DNA of 64,000 bases from Anthoceros angustus (lineage: Eukaryota; Plantae; Anthocerotophyta): assembly GCA_010909165.1 (NCBI GenBank), contig VJWM01000134.1:310001-374000 (forward strand), read 5' to 3'. Of the stretch, positions 61,345-64,000 are shown in pieces. A program made the translations under genes and the position numbers. The notes below the pieces were generated by a model, which was given only the letters and a program-made list of their open reading frames with translations, was not told where the DNA came from and ran no database searches. Every line of letters begins with the position of its first letter. Positions within the stretch are counted from its first letter, which is position 1.

Positions 61345-62064
61345 AATCTACCGTCACCCATCTTCTTGCTCGCAAGCTGCTGGTGGTACACAAGAACTAT
61401 ACCAATTTGGAAGCCTTAGGTATCTCTTTTTGAAGTACTGCGTGTGTCTTGTCGTCCCTGGCTTTGTTCGCTTATGACTGGTTAGGGTTGATCTTGTTAG
61501 GGAGACAGAAGGTTGAGTGACATCTGTATCAATGTTCCAGGGGAATCCAATGCAATGAGGAACAAGGATATGAACGATTGGAGGACATAAAAAGTGCACT
61601 GCCCGCAAGACTCTAGGGTATATCCTCCTTCCTTAAAACATGGTTGGTCGAACACTGGAATCGTGTTAGTTCGGCTCTGGTGGATAACAAGCCAGCAGAT
61701 TATGTACGTCAACCGTGCAGGCACGGCGCAGCATTCCCAACGCTAGCTGTGTGGAGGAATAGGGGTTAAGTATTGGCAGCAGATAGGCGGGCTGCAATCG
61801 AGGAGCTATTCTGTGTCTGTTGTTCGTAAATGCAAGCTTAGCTTTCGAAGGCTACTAGTACGCCCTGTAAGGCCACGTCATCACCGCGAACGAACGTCCT
61901 CCGGTTTCCTAAACCTTGGCAGGTGCGGCGGGCCGGGAACGCGGAAGGCTGTCCAACGCAATGGGACCATGCCTGCCCCGGTCCCATGTTACACAAGTAC
62001 TGCGCGCATGGGGGCGCCCTGCACCCAATGCACATCAAGTTACAAGCTAGAGGGCTCCAACATT

Positions 62065-62325
62065 AATATATAATATGTATTTTTCATGTACATATAACAT
62101 GTATTATAATATGTATATATAATATGTATATATAACATATATCATAGCATATATAATTTATAATATAGATTATAACATGTCTCTTTTTTCTAGCACCCAA
62201 TCCATATTATGTTATAATCTTTTTTCCAGCACCCAATGCATGTTACGTTGATTTTAGCACTGAATGCACATTATGTTACAACTTTCTTTTCTAGCACACA
62301 ATGCACATTATGTTACAACTTAGAA
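62065..62325. repeat. AT-rich low-complexity tract followed by degenerate tandem repeats of about 35-37 bp (ttttctagcac..aatgcacattatgttacaact)
   Basis: About four imperfect copies visible at 62185-62320. Confidence 0.7.
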
Positions 62326-64000
62326 CATTAATACCAATATGTAATATACATCGTCACATAGTCTCCTTTTTTCTAGTTGTATGTGTGAGGTACCATAAGT
62401 GTGGATGTTTGTACATCTACTGACCGGCCTATATGTCACAGCAAGCAACCGAATGCCTTTATTTCATATGTTTGTATCTCACAGTACCCATATATATTGC
62501 TAGTTCATGTAGATGGACTCGCAAACAATTACTAACAACGTAGGAAAGGGGTTCACATACATACCTCGCTTCTTAGTCTCATAAAAACATTTCGCCAAAC
62601 CCAAATTCTGTAATAGCAGTATAATACATTTGGCCGTGACTAATGTAAATATTTTTCTAGATTGATATATGAGATCAGGAACACAGTCACATTTTCTACT
62701 ATTACTCTAGCAGGATTCTCCTTAATTGAGTTACTAAGTAGAAATTAGCATAGGTTAACCTGTTTTGACTTGTATTTTAGCTTTAAAAAAACCGATACAA
62801 TTATTTTTTTAACAATTGAGTTCCTGTATTATGTTCGTAGAGTCTTCCCTCGTAATACTATTTTGCCTCCAATGAAGCCTTCCCAGGCTAAGAAAGGCTT
62901 CATTAGAACCAAATTCAACTAGTAAATATCTTTACGAAACAGTTTTGTCACAAGGGAAAGAATGCCTTGTTGTATAGATATAAGAAGATTCACTTTTGTA
63001 TCTAGGGTATCTTGGGCTTTGGTTTTTAAATGTTTTGGACATTGGCAATGGCTTTCAATCGTTAAAAGCTCAGAAGGACGAGAGCGATCTTCCTTCAATA
63101 TTCGTAAAAGAATTAAGCATTTAATAAATGGATTCAAGGAGAGGAAAAGGGATAAACAACAACGCTTTTATCTTTATACACCTAGGTGAAAACATTTAGC
63201 ATTATTTTCAACTACAACATGGAGTTCTCAAGCGACAAGTTTGTGCTGGAGCAAATGCTTGGGAACAGAAAATGTGGCACGATAATAAATCAATAAATCA
63301 ATCAATCTATATAATATGTAAACATTCAAGAAAATGATTTTTTATTAATCGTAATTAAATACATAGTGCCAACAATCCCCAAGAGTAATTAAATAACAAC
63401 AATCCCTGGGCTGCAGCCCTGATTTGCCTTCCAACCAAACGGATGTTGGGAGGCGTACGTGAGCCACTCGCTTGATTCCTGACCTCTCCTTTTTATGATG
63501 AAGTGGGGCCTGCTCCTCGGGAGGTGGAGCCTGTTCCTCCTCTTTCTTCACCTTTTCTCGGTAATCCTCTCTACTTGCGATTTGCTTTGCCTGTTGCTCA
63601 AGGACTTGTTGCAGCTTCCTTCCTATTGACGGCTTGTCCCTCATGCACCTTCTCTTGCCCTCGCCATCGTAATAAAAGTGGCAATGACATTTTGAGCAAG
63701 TGAAACCCATTTTAGACATCTCAAATCCTTTTCTGTAGCACTAATTGGGTTTCTGAATTGATTAAACTCCTGATTTGATCCCTGATTCCAATGATCAATT
63801 AATGTTGTTCATCAACTGATGAACTAATTCACTCCATTGGGTACTCAGACATATTCAATTCGTTCTTTATTGTTCATTTGTCTAAATAGGCATGTTTTCG
63901 ACATAGTGGCATGTAAATATCTTCACCTCCAACAATGATATGGGTTAACAATTTTCCAATTCTATGTGTGCATAGTGCTACCTAATGTACATTTGGCTAA

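Noticed and set aside
62850-63719. Minus-strand Cys-containing ORFs in the AT-rich right end
   Set aside because: Short, interrupted and unassignable; possibly a transposon remnant extending beyond the window.

Overview
Gene-dense nuclear DNA from a land plant, most likely a hornwort (Anthoceros-like). The basis is about 50% GC, 80-100 nt introns, a PPR protein with a KPAxA/HAE/GRP-type DYW domain, and PPR L-motifs with long insertions. Host genes in order: actin (-, runs off the left edge), NTPCR/THEP1-like NTPase (+), PLS-E+ PPR with an N-terminal OSB-type PDF motif (+), PLS-DYW:KP 'GRP' PPR also with a PDF motif (-), SDHAF4 (-), a second PLS-E+ PPR (+), an intronless GC-rich zinc alcohol/formaldehyde dehydrogenase (-), and a many-exon ASCC3/DExH14 helicase (+) with at least five GC-AG introns. 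About 9-35 kb is a nested transposon island. It holds LINE and CRE-like fragments, a MITE, and a 14.2 kb Ty3/gypsy element (15106-29305, CTTAT target duplication) whose 4.3-4.45 kb LTRs contain a coding-like region. This element interrupts a gene for a ParB/Srx-fold protein, which lies head-to-head with a DDD (DUF7869/Sola1-like) transposase. That ParB-like plus transposase pair is the best candidate for an undescribed system. A separate 2.4 kb TIR element with a 4-bp TCAT target duplication sits at 44733-47155. The 15-35 kb region has many small indels typical of an imperfect long-read consensus, so frameshifts there may not be biological.
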